A DNA stretch of 64,000 nucleotides, from contig NW_026889758.1 of NCBI RefSeq assembly GCF_033153115.1, positions 38,874,001 through 38,938,000 of the forward strand, in the 5' to 3' direction. A model generated the notes under the pieces. The model saw only the letters and a program-made list of their open reading frames with translations, was not told where the DNA came from and ran no database searches. Positions 1 to 12,064 of the stretch are shown here, one piece after another (position 1 is the stretch's first letter; every line of letters begins with the position of its first letter). The position numbers were made by a program, and so were the translations under genes. Source of the DNA: Saccostrea echinata (Eukaryota).

Positions 1-198
1 TGCTTCCAAGTTTTCTTTAAAAGAAAGCAACCTCTTAGCTGAGTAATCAAAGGCAAGGGCAATTGCTTGGACCGTGTCCATCATGTTTCTTGCAAGTGGC
101 TCTTTGCTGGCATGTATTATGGCTAAGTTTAAATTATGTGCTTTACAGTGAACATATTCCGCTCTGGGAATCCTTTCCTTTATCCTCGCCTGTACACC
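1..198 (-). pseudogene. hAT transposase (ZMYM1/THAP12-like), downstream part, separated from its upstream part by the AcademH insertion
   Basis: Minus strand reads GVQARIKERIPRAEYVHCKAHNLNLAIIHASKEPLARNMMDTVQAIA, containing the hAT CxxH motif. It continues in frame from 10430-10505 (MRAQGYDSAANTCMSGIRRGVQ). Confidence 0.9.
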
Positions 199-297
199 CA
201 ATCTGATTAAAATACAGATCTCTTCATAGCGCAAAGCGCAGAGAGATCTGACAACGACCCATTGAGGGTCATGTTCCGTGACGTCAGAATGAACTTT
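199..297 (+). repeat. Left TIR of AcademH (99 bp)
   Basis: caatctgattaaaatacagatc...gacgtcagaatgaacttt is the exact reverse complement of 10331-10429. Confidence 0.97.
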
Positions 298-372
298 ATT
301 ATTTGCATGAAAGATAAATTTATTAACCAATCACAATACTCGTTACGAAGTTGGTTGTAACATTGTTTCAAA

Positions 373-2603
373 ATGGCGTCGAAAGAAGAAGTATCAGCTG
401 CGTTTGAAGAAATTAAAGAAAATTTTGGTTTAGATGAACTAAAAAGCGAGCAATTAGACATCCTGACATCGATTATTAGGAACGAAGATTGTGTAGGCGT
501 GTTACCGACAGGATATGGCAAGTCTTTACCATACCAGGTAGCGAAGGGTGTTGCGAACAAGTTGGGAAAAGAATTCCATAAGATCATCGTATGCTCCCCG
601 CTCATTTCCCTGATGCAGGACCAGGTGGCTCGCTTACAGAAATTTGGAAATGGTCTTAAAGTTATGTATAAAGGTATTAAACTTAAGGTTTATTCTCCCT
701 CAACGACAGTCCTTCAAAATGTAAATTGATTATCATCATTCTTAATTTTGTTGCTGGTCGCCTTAGAGTATACCTGTATACTTAACAATATTTTAGAAGT
801 TTAATGAAATTTATTTTATTTCCGGGGCTAAGTACTATAAAGCATTTTAATTTAAAGGATTTTTTTAAATATGAAGAATATGACCCCTAAATTGCCGTGC
901 TGATCAGCATGGTCAGATATCTCCTTTAATAACATTGTTTGTAGTTACATAGAATAATATTATTGCAGTGATGTTTGTTTGCTCACTTTTTAATGACTGA
1001 AACACCATAAAATGTAGAAATCTTTGCAGTTTCTTTATATAATTTCAAAATAATTTTTTTCTGTTGGCATTGCAGTAATTAATATCACATGCCGGATGCC
1101 AAATTAAAATTTTATTCTGCATAATTCAGTGAAAAATAATGGAAATTGGTCTCACAATCAGTTTTTATAAAAAATGTTCCTTCAAAAAAATATATATTGT
1201 GGAAAAATAAAATTATGACTCGCTTATGGCAATATACTGTATGTAAAGCTGCAACATAGATGAATTTTTCTGTCAGTAAAATGATACCTGTATATTGTCC
1301 AACAGACCCTGTTTTACAATCATGACAATAGTGATTGTTTCATGTGTTGGAAATTAAAATATAACCACTTGTTAGTTCACTAGAAGTGAAATTTGGATAG
1401 AAACATATAACTTCTGGACATTTAGTTATTTAATTTTTAATCATTTTCAATTATTAATAAGGTCAAAAGGATTATTGTGCAGTGGAGGAATGTGACATCA
1501 TATTTTCTTCACCAGAGCATCTTGTTGGGAATGATGATTGGAGAGGATCCTTATCGAAGCTAAAGGTCTCCTTAATAGTAGTTGATGAGTTCCATACAGT
1601 TTCTACATGGTAATTCATTCTGCACAAATGTTATATTTACATCTTAAGTAAAAAAATGTCCATTTATCACTCACTAATGAAACATTTTGAGTTTGCAGCA
1701 TTTAATTTTTTTATACTTTATTTCAGGGGAGAACTTTCCAAAAATGAACATGAAAAGGTATTTAGGCGCTGGTTTCGTTACCTTGGAGAAGTAAGAAGCC
1801 TCTTTCCGGAAGCTTCCATGCTTGCTCTCAGTGCAACTTGTACAGATGAAATTCTCAAGGAAGTGCTTCAAGCTTTAAGTATGGAGGGTGCAAAACACAT
1901 AATTGTTTCTCCAGATAAGGGTAACATCAAGTACAGTGTTTTCAGAACAGGTAGAACCATGGAACCATCTTTATTTTGGCTTATAGATGAGTTGCATGAA
2001 AATTTTGAACGTTTTCCTCGAACATTAATATATTGTAACAGCATTCAAGATGTCGCAAGAGTATTTACTTATTTTAAAAAGGAACTACCAGATTGCAGTG
2101 TTATAGAAATGTTTCATTCTGAAACCAGTGATAAGAAAAAAATGGAAATAGTGACTGATCTCAGTTCATCTGAAGGTGTTCTTAAAGTAGTTGTTTGTAC
2201 CAGTGCTCTTGGTATGGGGGTTGATATAAAGAACTGTCAAAACATAATATTATATGGACCACCTAGAAATGTTGTAGATCTTGTGCAGATTGTAGGTCGA
2301 GCGGGTCGTGATGGTTGTAATGCCAGTGCTTTGTTATTATGTAGTTCCTACCAAATAGGACATGTTGATAAAAATATGAAAGGAATTATTAATGATGATG
2401 CATGTCGTAGAAAAAATATTATGAAACATTTTATGTATGCTGAGGTAATGTTTGATCAGGAATTGCATAGATGTTGTGATAATTGTGCTCAGAAATGTTT
2501 ATGTAAAAAATGTGAAATGCCATATTTAGAAAGTTTATATATAGATAGCCACACTTTAAACACAAATTCACCAGATGAGAATTCAGAATCAGATAGTGAC
2601 TAA
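373..2603 (+). CDS. RecQ-like SF2 helicase of AcademH; exons 373-673, 1462-1609, 1727-2603; ~441 aa
   Basis: Motif I LPTGYGKS, Ia SPLISLMQDQV, II VDEFH (exon 2), III LSAT, TSALGMGVD, VI QIVGRAGRDG, and a C-terminal RQC-type Cys cluster (CRR...CCDNC). GT-AG introns have matching phases and there are no stops. Confidence 0.92.
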
Positions 2604-2680
2604 TATATACATGTATGTATAAACCAATTGTTGATATATTTGTTAAGATAGTTGTTTGTAAAGGTTTTCTTTAAATGATG

Positions 2681-3105
2681 GTTGACATCCAGAACTGTCA
2701 AAATGTTATATCAATACGACCACTTTAATTTTGTGCAAAATTTGTTTAAGCATGTTGTGATGGAAGTAACATGAATAATGGCAATGCTTTGATATTATAA
2801 TGTTGTCATACTAAATATGTTGATAAAAAGACAAAAGAAATTATTGATGTGGAGATGTAAATCTTGTGCAAATTGTTGGTTAAGCATGTTATAATGGATA
2901 TAAATCCAATTCATGCTAATGATTTCTTGTTGTGTTGTTTGAACTAAATATGACATTGATGAAAGAACGAGATGCATATTGTAGATGATGTTGAAAATTT
3001 TCCAAATGCAGAGATTATGTTTTACCAAGAACTGCGGAGATGTTTTGATAATTGTGCACAAAAATAAGCATGTAAAATATGAGAAGTGCCAGATTCAAAA
3101 TTTAA
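2681..3105 (+). pseudogene. Degenerate tandem duplicate of the helicase 3' coding region
   Basis: gttgacatccagaactgtcaaaat resembles gttgatataaagaactgtcaaaac (2220). agatgttttgataattgtgcacaaaaa resembles agatgttgtgataattgtgctcagaaa (2469). Contains stops and indels. Confidence 0.75.
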
Positions 3106-3532
3106 TTAATGTATAGTATACTTTTTTTTTCAGGAAGTGACAATCCACCTTCATTTTTTTTATACTCTCTGACAAAAAAAATTTGGCAAATGTATACATA
3201 TATATGAGATGTAGTGAATAAAATAAATAAATATAAAATCAATTTTATAGCTTAATTCTCAACAATAGAGAGTTTTCTATCACAATATCAATAATCAGTG
3301 AAACTCTGTAGAAATTCTGGGAACCATCTTGTTTGTTTATGGAACCATGTCCAGAACAGAATTTTTCTAATGGAGAAATGCATGTACTGGAAATTCATTC
3401 TGGACACAAAGATTGCTCTTGTCCTGTAAGTGTCATGACTTAAATTTCAGCAGAGGTCAGTTTTGGCATGTTCAAGGGCACTGACATACATTAATAGGTA
3501 TATATATATCTGTTTTCTAGTCATTGGAAATT

Positions 3533-3975
3533 AACAAGCAAATTCAAAGAATTGTGGTCCCCCGCTTTTGATGTCTTAGTGGATGGGATATCATTTATGG
3601 CATATTGTGTCAAATATGAACACCCTATCATGTCATTCAAGTAATCATAAAAGTTAAAAATATTTAAAATTAGGTCAAACATGATCAAGGGGCAAAAAAT
3701 AATAGCATGCTTGGAAACATCTTTCAACATTTCAACTATGAAAGTCCTATCTCTTCTCGATCAAAAGTTATTTTAAAAATTTTTTTTGAAAAGTAGGTCA
3801 AGGGGTCAAAATCATAGTTTATTTGGAAAGGCATTGTTACAGGTAATGAACTTGTGAAATATGAAAGCCCCATCTCTTGTCATTCAAAAATTATGACCAA
3901 GGTTAAAGTTTTTGTGACAGACAGACGGACGCACAGGATTTAATGTCCCCTCACTTTCGTGAAAGCGGGGGACAA
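3533..3975 (+). mobile_element. Non-autonomous Helentron-type element (HINE; pearl/CvA-like) inside AcademH
   Basis: aacaag start, subterminal gtcccccgcttt, core repeat aaaagtaggtcaa/atgaaagccc, (acag/acgg) microsatellite, terminal hairpin ending gaaagcgggggacaa. Confidence 0.75.
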
Positions 3976-4658
3976 AAAATGAACACTATAGTATAGTAGA
4001 GAGGATTTGTCATGACCTCTCTGTGAGAGAGGTGAGTTGCGATTCAATAGGTGACATCCCACTTCAATGTATTTTATGTTTCTTGATGTATTTTATGTTT
4101 CATTAAGACCATCCTTGAAAAATTAAGTTTGATAGTTGCCAGGGGATATCAGACCCAGTAAGGGGAGATTTTATATTTTGCAAATTAGATTTTAAAGCTT
4201 GAAAGCTTTAGAGGAGGCAGTCATGCCTTTTTTGTTTAACACACATGATCTCCTTAATGTTTTTTTTAAAATAATCTTACATGTTTGCCTTTCCATTGTA
4301 AACAACAGAAACCAACAATTACCAGTCAAAATTTTATTCAAATGCTTCCAAAATTACCATGATTACAGCAAATTAACTGTCTTTAAAGGCTTAATTGGCT
4401 AACTGATGTAAGATTGACATTATTAGTTTATTAAAATGGTGTAACTGATTTTTATCATATACAGTAGCTATTGACCTGTATAATTTTTCACACATGTAGC
4501 AGATACTCAAATGAAGTCTAGAAGGAAATATGTACATCTGGTTTATTTAAGAAAAATAATGATTTTGATTGTAAATGGAAGCAATATCCAATTCCATTAA
4601 AGATAGGCATTCAAATCATTAACTAAACCAAAATCATAAAGAAGGATCTCAATTTAAC

Positions 4659-5204
4659 AAACAAGAGGCCCATGGGCCACATCACTCACTTTAGTAACTT
4701 TGGCCATGCTGTATTTTACCAGATTTCCCCCTATTTAATATACCTATTGTGGCCCCGCCCTACCCCCAGGGGTCATGATTTGAACAATTTAGAATCTACA
4801 CTGCTTCCATATAAGTTTCAGTTTTTCTGGCCCAGTTGTTCTTGAGAAGAAGATTTTTAAAGATTTTTCTTATATATTTCAATGTAAAACTTGGATTCCC
4901 TATTGTGGCCCCGCCCTACCCCCGGGGGTCATGATTTGAACAATTTAAAATCTACACTATCCCAGGATGCTTCCAAATAAGTTTCAGTTTTTCTGGCCCA
5001 GTTGCTCTTGAGAAGATTTTTTAATGACCCCACACTATTTTTGTCTTTTCTTGATTATCTCCCCTTGTAAGGGGACTTGGCCCTTTATTTTAAGAATTTA
5101 CACTCCTCTTCACCCAAGGATACTTTGTACAAAGTTTGGTTAAAATTGGCCCAGTGGTTCTTGAGAAGGAGTTGAAAATGTGAAAAGTTTACGGACGGAC
5201 GGCG

Positions 5205-5249
<45 letters not shown>

Positions 5250-5250
5250 T
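4659..5250 (+). mobile_element. Non-autonomous Helentron-type element (second family) inside AcademH
   Basis: aacaagaggcccatgggccacatc start, two ~156-bp internal units, (acgg)n, terminal hairpin agctcacttgagctttcagctcaggtgagct. Confidence 0.8.
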
Positions 5251-5290
5251 AAAACTATTAATCAATATGTGAGTTAAAGGTACATAACAT

Positions 5291-8200
5291 TCACACTCTT
5301 CTATTTCGCAGTCTTCGGAATGGCAAGGATGGTTTATGTCGCAATACCATTAAAGGAAAATTTTTGAAGCTTAAAAAGAACGGATTTCTGTTCTGTGAAA
5401 GTTTTCTGCACTGGAATTGACGACCAGGTTGTTTTTCAAATGCCTGGATGGAAATTAATTCATTAACTACTATTTTCACATCTTCACGATATGATGGCAC
5501 ATGATGAAAACCTTTCCTTCCTCGAATATCACACATGTCATCAAAATGCTGTACACTTTCTACCAAGAAAGGGAAATCTTTGGAGTGTTTAATTAGGCTT
5601 TCCTTAGTTTGATGTCCAGTTGAGGCATTTTTAATCTCTCTATTCATGAATTCGACGTATTCGTCCAAAGCCATGTTCCTGTTCTTGCCACCTGACACAT
5701 TTATAAACCTGTTCTGTACAAGTCTTTCTGTTTGATCCTCGGAAAGAGTACCTGACGTAAGACTCGTTAGATGGATGCTACCAATAAGATATTTAGTTTT
5801 ACCTGTCTTATTGTACAACAGAGCCTCGTACTTTGCTGATCTAACAGAGCGAGCACCATCAGCCATATCTACCGCAGAATCCAAATTCTTATGTAAGGCA
5901 CATAAACGAAACACTAAGAGAATGTAATCAAAGAGGTCATCTTTTTCTAGATCTTTTGTTGCTGTGTCTTTAGTTGACTCATTATATCCATGTTTGGCCT
6001 TTTCATGGGTTATTAATGAATCAACATTCACATATGACTTATCACAGGAATGGCATCGAAACCTTCCATCACTTAAACTCTTTGTCCAGTAGTTCTCTGG
6101 ATGCTCAGGGTTGTCTAGTACAGTTCTAACTTCAGACAGTAAATCACTTCCTTCGAAAAACCATTTCCTTACAATTTTCTGACAAATTTCACACATCCAA
6201 GAAATTTTCTGTTCAGGTAACCACTCATGAAAGTCATCTGGAACAGGGATTGTTTGTGTTCCATCTGTCAATCCGAATTCTTTTAAGAAGAGCAAACAGC
6301 AAATTGCATCAAAAATTGTGTTGTACAGCATTTTGTATGGTCTATAAGAGTTCTTGACTTCTGCTTTTACTTCCCTCGCATTCAGTTTATTTCTGAAGAA
6401 GTATGCTGTGCCTGAATCCTTTCCAGACCCTGTACTGTAGGTTAATTTGACAATGGCCTGTAATTATTAATCAGTCATTAATTTCATGGACATGTACTAC
6501 AGATTCAGTTTCATTTTTTTAATCACTCAAATCTAAAGCAAGTGAAAAATATACTAGGGAATATATTTACGACATCATGTAGCTAAAATATCATGAAAGA
6601 ACTACCTCAAGAAAATTCATCAATCGATGAAAATCTTCGATCTTTGATATAAAGCCCTCAAAGCGATCTATTGCCTTCTCTCCATTAATCATTGAACACT
6701 GGGCTGCTTGTATCCTTTCATCAGTGAGTCTATCACCTTTGAAAATATCCAAAATTGAAAATTAAGAAATAGTTCTTATCTAGCCAATTCATTTTTAAAT
6801 TATTTTTGCCTAAAAATACAATACACTGTTTTTTTTTTTAATTATTTACAAAAATGATTGTGGGAATATGAGAAAAAATCAATCCTATCAAATTATAATA
6901 ATTTTAAAATGCTTTCCTTAACTCTTAACATATAAACAAAGTAATGAAAACCTTGATGTAAGTAATAAATGAATGTAAATTGTAGTACTTGCCTCCAAAG
7001 AAAACTGGTTCATACACATCATCATCCTTCATAGGAATATACTTTTCACTGAGGTCTTTCAACAACTTTATAACATCACCAGTGTTTTTTTCATCGCAGT
7101 CAAAAAGTCCCAAAGAAAACTGATGAAGATAAAGGTCAATGTCATTACAATATTTTCTATGCATTAATGTATACCCATTACCCTGTTGTAAACTTTACCT
7201 CCTAAAAATATATTCTATTGTACAGAATGTAAGCTTGTTGAATTTTGAAGAATATAAAATCAAATGGTTCAAAAAAAGATGTAAAATATTTCAGCTTTAA
7301 ATATGGTATATTTTAGATAAAATATATTTTTAACCTGTTTTGTTTTTAATCCTGCAAGGTGACTGTAGGCATGTTCATAATGATCTGGATAAATACTTCT
7401 TAGCAAGTTATTCATTTGTTCGTTGTTGTTAATAACTGCATTGGCCACCAAAAAAGATATTTCATTTGCAAGAAGTTCCTGTTCTCCTGTACTTGGGATA
7501 AAGTCTGTAGCATTAAGATCATCTACATCTAAAATGTACATGTAATCATCACCTATTTGTTGAGGTACAACTCGGTCAATGACTCCAATTACATTAAATA
7601 AATGAACAGACACTGTTTTCTGCTGCGTTGTACGATATGATGGGACTATATTTCGGTCCCAGTTGTCACCCACAAGTTGATATTTTGGTGTTGGTAATCC
7701 CTGTGCCCAGTCATTCTTTATTTCTAGCAACTGTTTGTCTAATAACTCATGCCATGATTCCATCTTGATCCGTAGGGTCTGTGGATGTACACTCAAACCA
7801 AGTTTAGAAAGTCTTTCAATGTCCTAAAATATAATTACACTTTATGTACAATAAAGTATAAAACATTATGATGGCTACAAAGTCTTTTTAAATGTCAAAA
7901 TATAATCAATTATATTATAATCATTATGATAACTATTGCTTAAATATAAATGAATGTTGCAGACTCAGAAATTCACATGATTTACTCAATGTACATCTGC
8001 ATTAGTCTAGTTTTGTAGCCTTACCCTTTGAGTACAACTGCCATGTAACATTATGAAGCCTATCAAGTACTGGAGAGCGGTCATTTCTCGACTTCTCCCT
8101 TGGAGACATATTGCAGCTGCCAACAATGCATGATATAATTTACTGTCAGATATTGATACTGGAATGGGTGACACAGCTGCAGAGAACACTTTCAAAAGAT

Positions 8201-10140
8201 AAGGGGCCTTAAGTTGTAATTCTCTATGCAGTTTGTCCCATGTAAACTGCATTATATTTTCATGGGTTTTGTCTCTTAGAATTCCTCCAGATTTTCTCTT
8301 GCAAATTTTCTCACATTCCAAACTTATCAAACTGGATGCTGCAGACACAACTGACTGTGGACGTATGGAAACTATTAATTTCAAAAGACTATCTTCAACG
8401 TCCTGGTCACGAAATAACACTTTACAGTACTTTTTCTGATATTCATCTACTATCCATTTTGACTTTGCACCACTTTGGAAGTAGTCAATCATCTAATTTA
8501 AAACATGAAGGAGAGACAGTTTTGTATTTTTCAATAAGTTCTGTGCCTTTACACAAAAATAAATGAATATATAAACTAGATTTCATACCTCAAGTTTAAA
8601 GGAAAACATTAAACCATAATAATCTTCACTTTCATAAAATATTTTTTAAAATGTGTATTTAAAAAATGCATACTTTAGCATGCTCAATATATACTGTGAA
8701 TTTAAAAAATGAATTAAATCAACATTACACAAGCTTACCAAATTTCTGCAGTTGACACAAGAACCTGTATAAATTCAGCATCTGCTCAATGAATAAAAAC
8801 ATGCTTAACTAAAAAGGTAACACAAAAGAACATTAACAAGGAAATAAAAATTCAAGTTTTTCTAATGCAGTAAATGTTTGAGACAATAATACATATACTC
8901 CATATTATTCCCCCTCCCTTTTCTTGTTTATATATCAGGCTGCATCAAGAACATTATCCTGCATTGTTTAAAAGTAAATAACAGGTTTTTAGAATTATAC
9001 TGTAGCAATTCAATGAAGTGTTAGTAAAAACTTTTCAATATGTAAATATCTGTTCCAATAGAGAAAAGGTCTAATCATGCTAATAGTGCATAAATTCATC
9101 CTACTATTATTATTATGATGAATTGAAACAGACATTTACAACAAGTTAAAATAACTTCAAATTTAACCACAATAGAAAATTTAACTTAATCAAAAATCTT
9201 ACCTGAATTTTACCAATTTTATATGAATCCTCCTCCTCAGAGGAAAAAAGTGCCCTTCTGGTTGGTTGGTTCCTAGGTTCATGTTGAGAAGCTGTCAATA
9301 CATCACACAGGGCAGAAGTCGCAAGTGGTACACCTACATTTAGGTAATATTCAATACTTGTCAATAGTCAGTGGTAGATTTTGTTTATTTTAACATGCCC
9401 AAGAACATGAAGAAGCAAGTTTCATTTTTTTTTAAATAAGCTGAATTTAACTTGAAAAGCATCAGATGGTATTCATTTTTATGAATGTTTTCTCATAATT
9501 TTACAATTACAACAATTTGCAAACATTTTAACACATGAGTCAATCCCACAGTATACCACTATCAGCAGATAATAAAATCAATTTACTTACATGAATACTG
9601 CATCTTGTTCATGGTAAAACCATCAGATGAAGAAGGCTTAATTTCAAATGCCTCATTTGGTCTGATAGCTGAAGTACAAGTAATATCATGGAACTTCTCT
9701 ATCTTTACTGGTATAATAGCTGACACTGCAGTTGGAAATCTGACAATTTTTGTAGATTGTAATGAGACAGGGCTCCTCAAAAGCCGTTTTTCTGAAACAC
9801 CCCGTCTAGGCGAAGGCAAACTCAAACTCACTCTTTCACTACTCTCTTTCATTTTTTCCGTTAAACTTTGTACTTCATTGCGCAACTTGATCACCTTCTC
9901 CACTGCCCTGTAACACTTTACACAGACGCCATTTTTCTCAATATCAGAGTTTTCAAGCGACCCTATCACTTTTCCAATGCTCTGAAGTCTGTCCTTAGTT
10001 AATTTTAATTTGACGTTTGTGCATTTCTTAACGATAATATTTCCAGCCCCGTCTGTCTCTTTCGTGACAAAACAAAACCCACATATCACACAAATGTTTC
10101 CGTGGAAGTAAATTCGACGAGGTGTTGATGGTTCTGTCAT
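5291..10140 (-). CDS. Academ transposase; exons 10140-9591, 9333-9203, 8492-8025, 7823-7335, 7119-6993, 6736-6606, 6457-5291; ~1020 aa
   Basis: Exons sum to 3063 nt in one open frame. Motifs LVGDNWD, FGGDRLT, EDFHRLMN and ALDEYVE give a candidate D-D-E. N-terminal CxxC...CxxC and an internal C2H2 finger (CHSCDKSYVNVDSLITHEKAKH). Intron 5 has a GC donor. Confidence 0.85.
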
Positions 10141-10330
10141 TCTCTCTAAAGGAATTAAAGCGGATAACTATACGCACTGTCATGACTGTGTCTGTCTTCG
10201 TGACTCCATGGGCGCCGCCATTTTTGCATTACTTCGGTACTCATCTAAATTTTACAATGACTATTGAGTTCCGCGTGCTTTACAAGATTACTTACAGAAA
10301 AGCGTAACTTGCCATCTGATTGGATAAATG

Positions 10331-10429
10331 AAAGTTCATTCTGACGTCACGGAACATGACCCTCAATGGGTCGTTGTCAGATCTCTCTGCGCTTTGCGCT
10401 ATGAAGAGATCTGTATTTTAATCAGATTG
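10331..10429 (-). repeat. Right TIR of AcademH (99 bp)
   Basis: Exact reverse complement of 199-297, followed by TSD ctgtacacc. Confidence 0.97.
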
Positions 10430-12064
10430 CTGTACACCTCTACGAATACCGGACATACATGTATTGGCAGCACTGTCATATCCCTGTGCCCGCATTTTAT
10501 CAACATGAATTCCTTTTTGTTCAAGTTCACTAAGGAAAAGCTCTGCAAGTGCTTCTCCTGTTGTACGTTTAGCCTCTGTAAAACCTAAAAACTCCTCTCG
10601 AACAGTTTTTGCGATTTTGTCATAAAAACGAACACATATAGATGCTTGTTCTTTTGTAGAACAGTCAGTTGATTCGTCTGAGATAAAACCGAAAAACTGA
10701 GCAGCATTGCAATCAGCGACACGAGTTTATGATTTTGTCAGCACACAGATCTATCATCTGGTGAAGTGTACTTTTTGTTTGGGTCTGCAAAAGCTAAATG
10801 ATCAGCTAACACTTTATTTTCCTTAGCTCTCATTTGAAGAATAGCAACAAAATTGCTATCTTTCTCTTCATGGCCCCTGAGTGCTAGGTTTTGTTGACTA
10901 CAAAGAACTATAGCATCAATAATGCATGAAAGAATTTCTCTATTTCTCTTTACCCTGGAGTTGTAACTGTCTGACATGGACTCCAAGGTACTGGACTTTT
11001 TGCCGTCTATAATGCTCAAGAACTCTGCTGCTGCTCGAACATTTTCATGGTGCTTACTACTATCTTGAATGTGGCGGGAAACACATCGGCCTAGGTTAGC
11101 CCAATCGTAAACAGAGGATGATATTCCAAAATCTTTATCTTTTGTATTAGTGCTCTGTGAACCGAAAAATATGCAGGGCGCACAGTACACTGCATCTGTG
11201 GAAACAGAGTAGCGCATCCACGGATTTTTCTCTAACCAGTTCCACTGGAAAGATCTTTTGATACCTCTTATTTCCCTAAAATATGTAAATAATGTTTCTA
11301 AATTTTAAAATGATAGTATGAATTCCAGACAACGATTAAAAGAGTTCTAAACGTAACCCTTTTAGAAATTTTATTTAATTGTAACATAAATGTGCATTCT
11401 CTTAGAATTAAATCTCAAATTACATAAATGTGCATTCTCTTAGAATTAAAATCTCAAGTTAGTCATGGCTTACTATATGTAGATATATTAAGGAAAATAT
11501 GTCATTTTAGTCATTTTACAAGTATTGATCTACCTTAGAGGAAACTTAAACTTTGAAGCAGATTCCCAAACCTCAGTCAGCATGCATTTTTTAATATCAT
11601 CTCTGTAAAGACGGTCCGAACTCAGGGTAGCAAAATCGTCATAGGGAGGCCTGTGATCGATATTGGCATTTGAAAAATTTGTAGAAGTGGACATGATTGA
11701 TATAGGTACAGATTTCTGCAAAGACTTGCAGGATACTTGCTCTCCATGAATATCAGTTTCACTTTTTTTAGAGGTGCATTTCCTGAAATAAGACGCAATG
11801 TCCCTCTGCATTTTGGAACAAAGAAATTGTTTTGTTTCGTATAACGATTACGTCATGTTATCGATATGATGTCATTTTTATAAGATCCGGAGCCCGAGCC
11901 CGAAATAGAAAAAGATGAGATCAAATATTTTTACATTTTTTTCTGTTTTAATAATAATATTTAATATATTTATTTTAACTTTAATTTTCTTTAAATTGAT
12001 CATTTTTTTCACGGAATAATGTGGAAGCACGTGCTTCCGTGCTTCAATGGAAGCTACGCCACTG
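10430..12064 (-). mobile_element. hAT DNA transposon, 5' portion (3' portion continues at 198 and beyond the window start)
   Basis: Terminus cagtggcgtagcttcc on - at 12064. Transposase pieces: 11811-~11533, then TTF-type zinc finger FQWNWLEKNPWMRYSVSTDAVYCAPCIFF, LALRGHEE, KYTSP, FISDESTDCSTKEQ, QGYDSAAN. Frameshifted near 10750. Confidence 0.88.

Larger units (their letters stand above)
199..10429. mobile_element. AcademH DNA transposon, full length (helicase-encoding Academ lineage)
   Basis: Perfect 99-bp TIRs (199-297, 10331-10429). Perfect 9-bp TSD ctgtacacc (190-198, 10430-10438). Encodes a RecQ-like helicase and an Academ-type transposase convergently. A helicase plus 9-10 bp TSD defines AcademH. 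Confidence 0.93.

Noticed and set aside
373-2603. Host RECQ/WRN/BLM gene or bacterial recQ contamination
   Set aside because: It has spliceosomal introns, lacks the extra domains of host RecQs, and lies inside TIR/TSD boundaries.
8739-8764. Extra 26-nt transposase exon (cag|GTTCTT...TTTG|gtaag)
   Set aside because: It would shift the frame between two phase-0 junctions; at most a poison exon, with no support.
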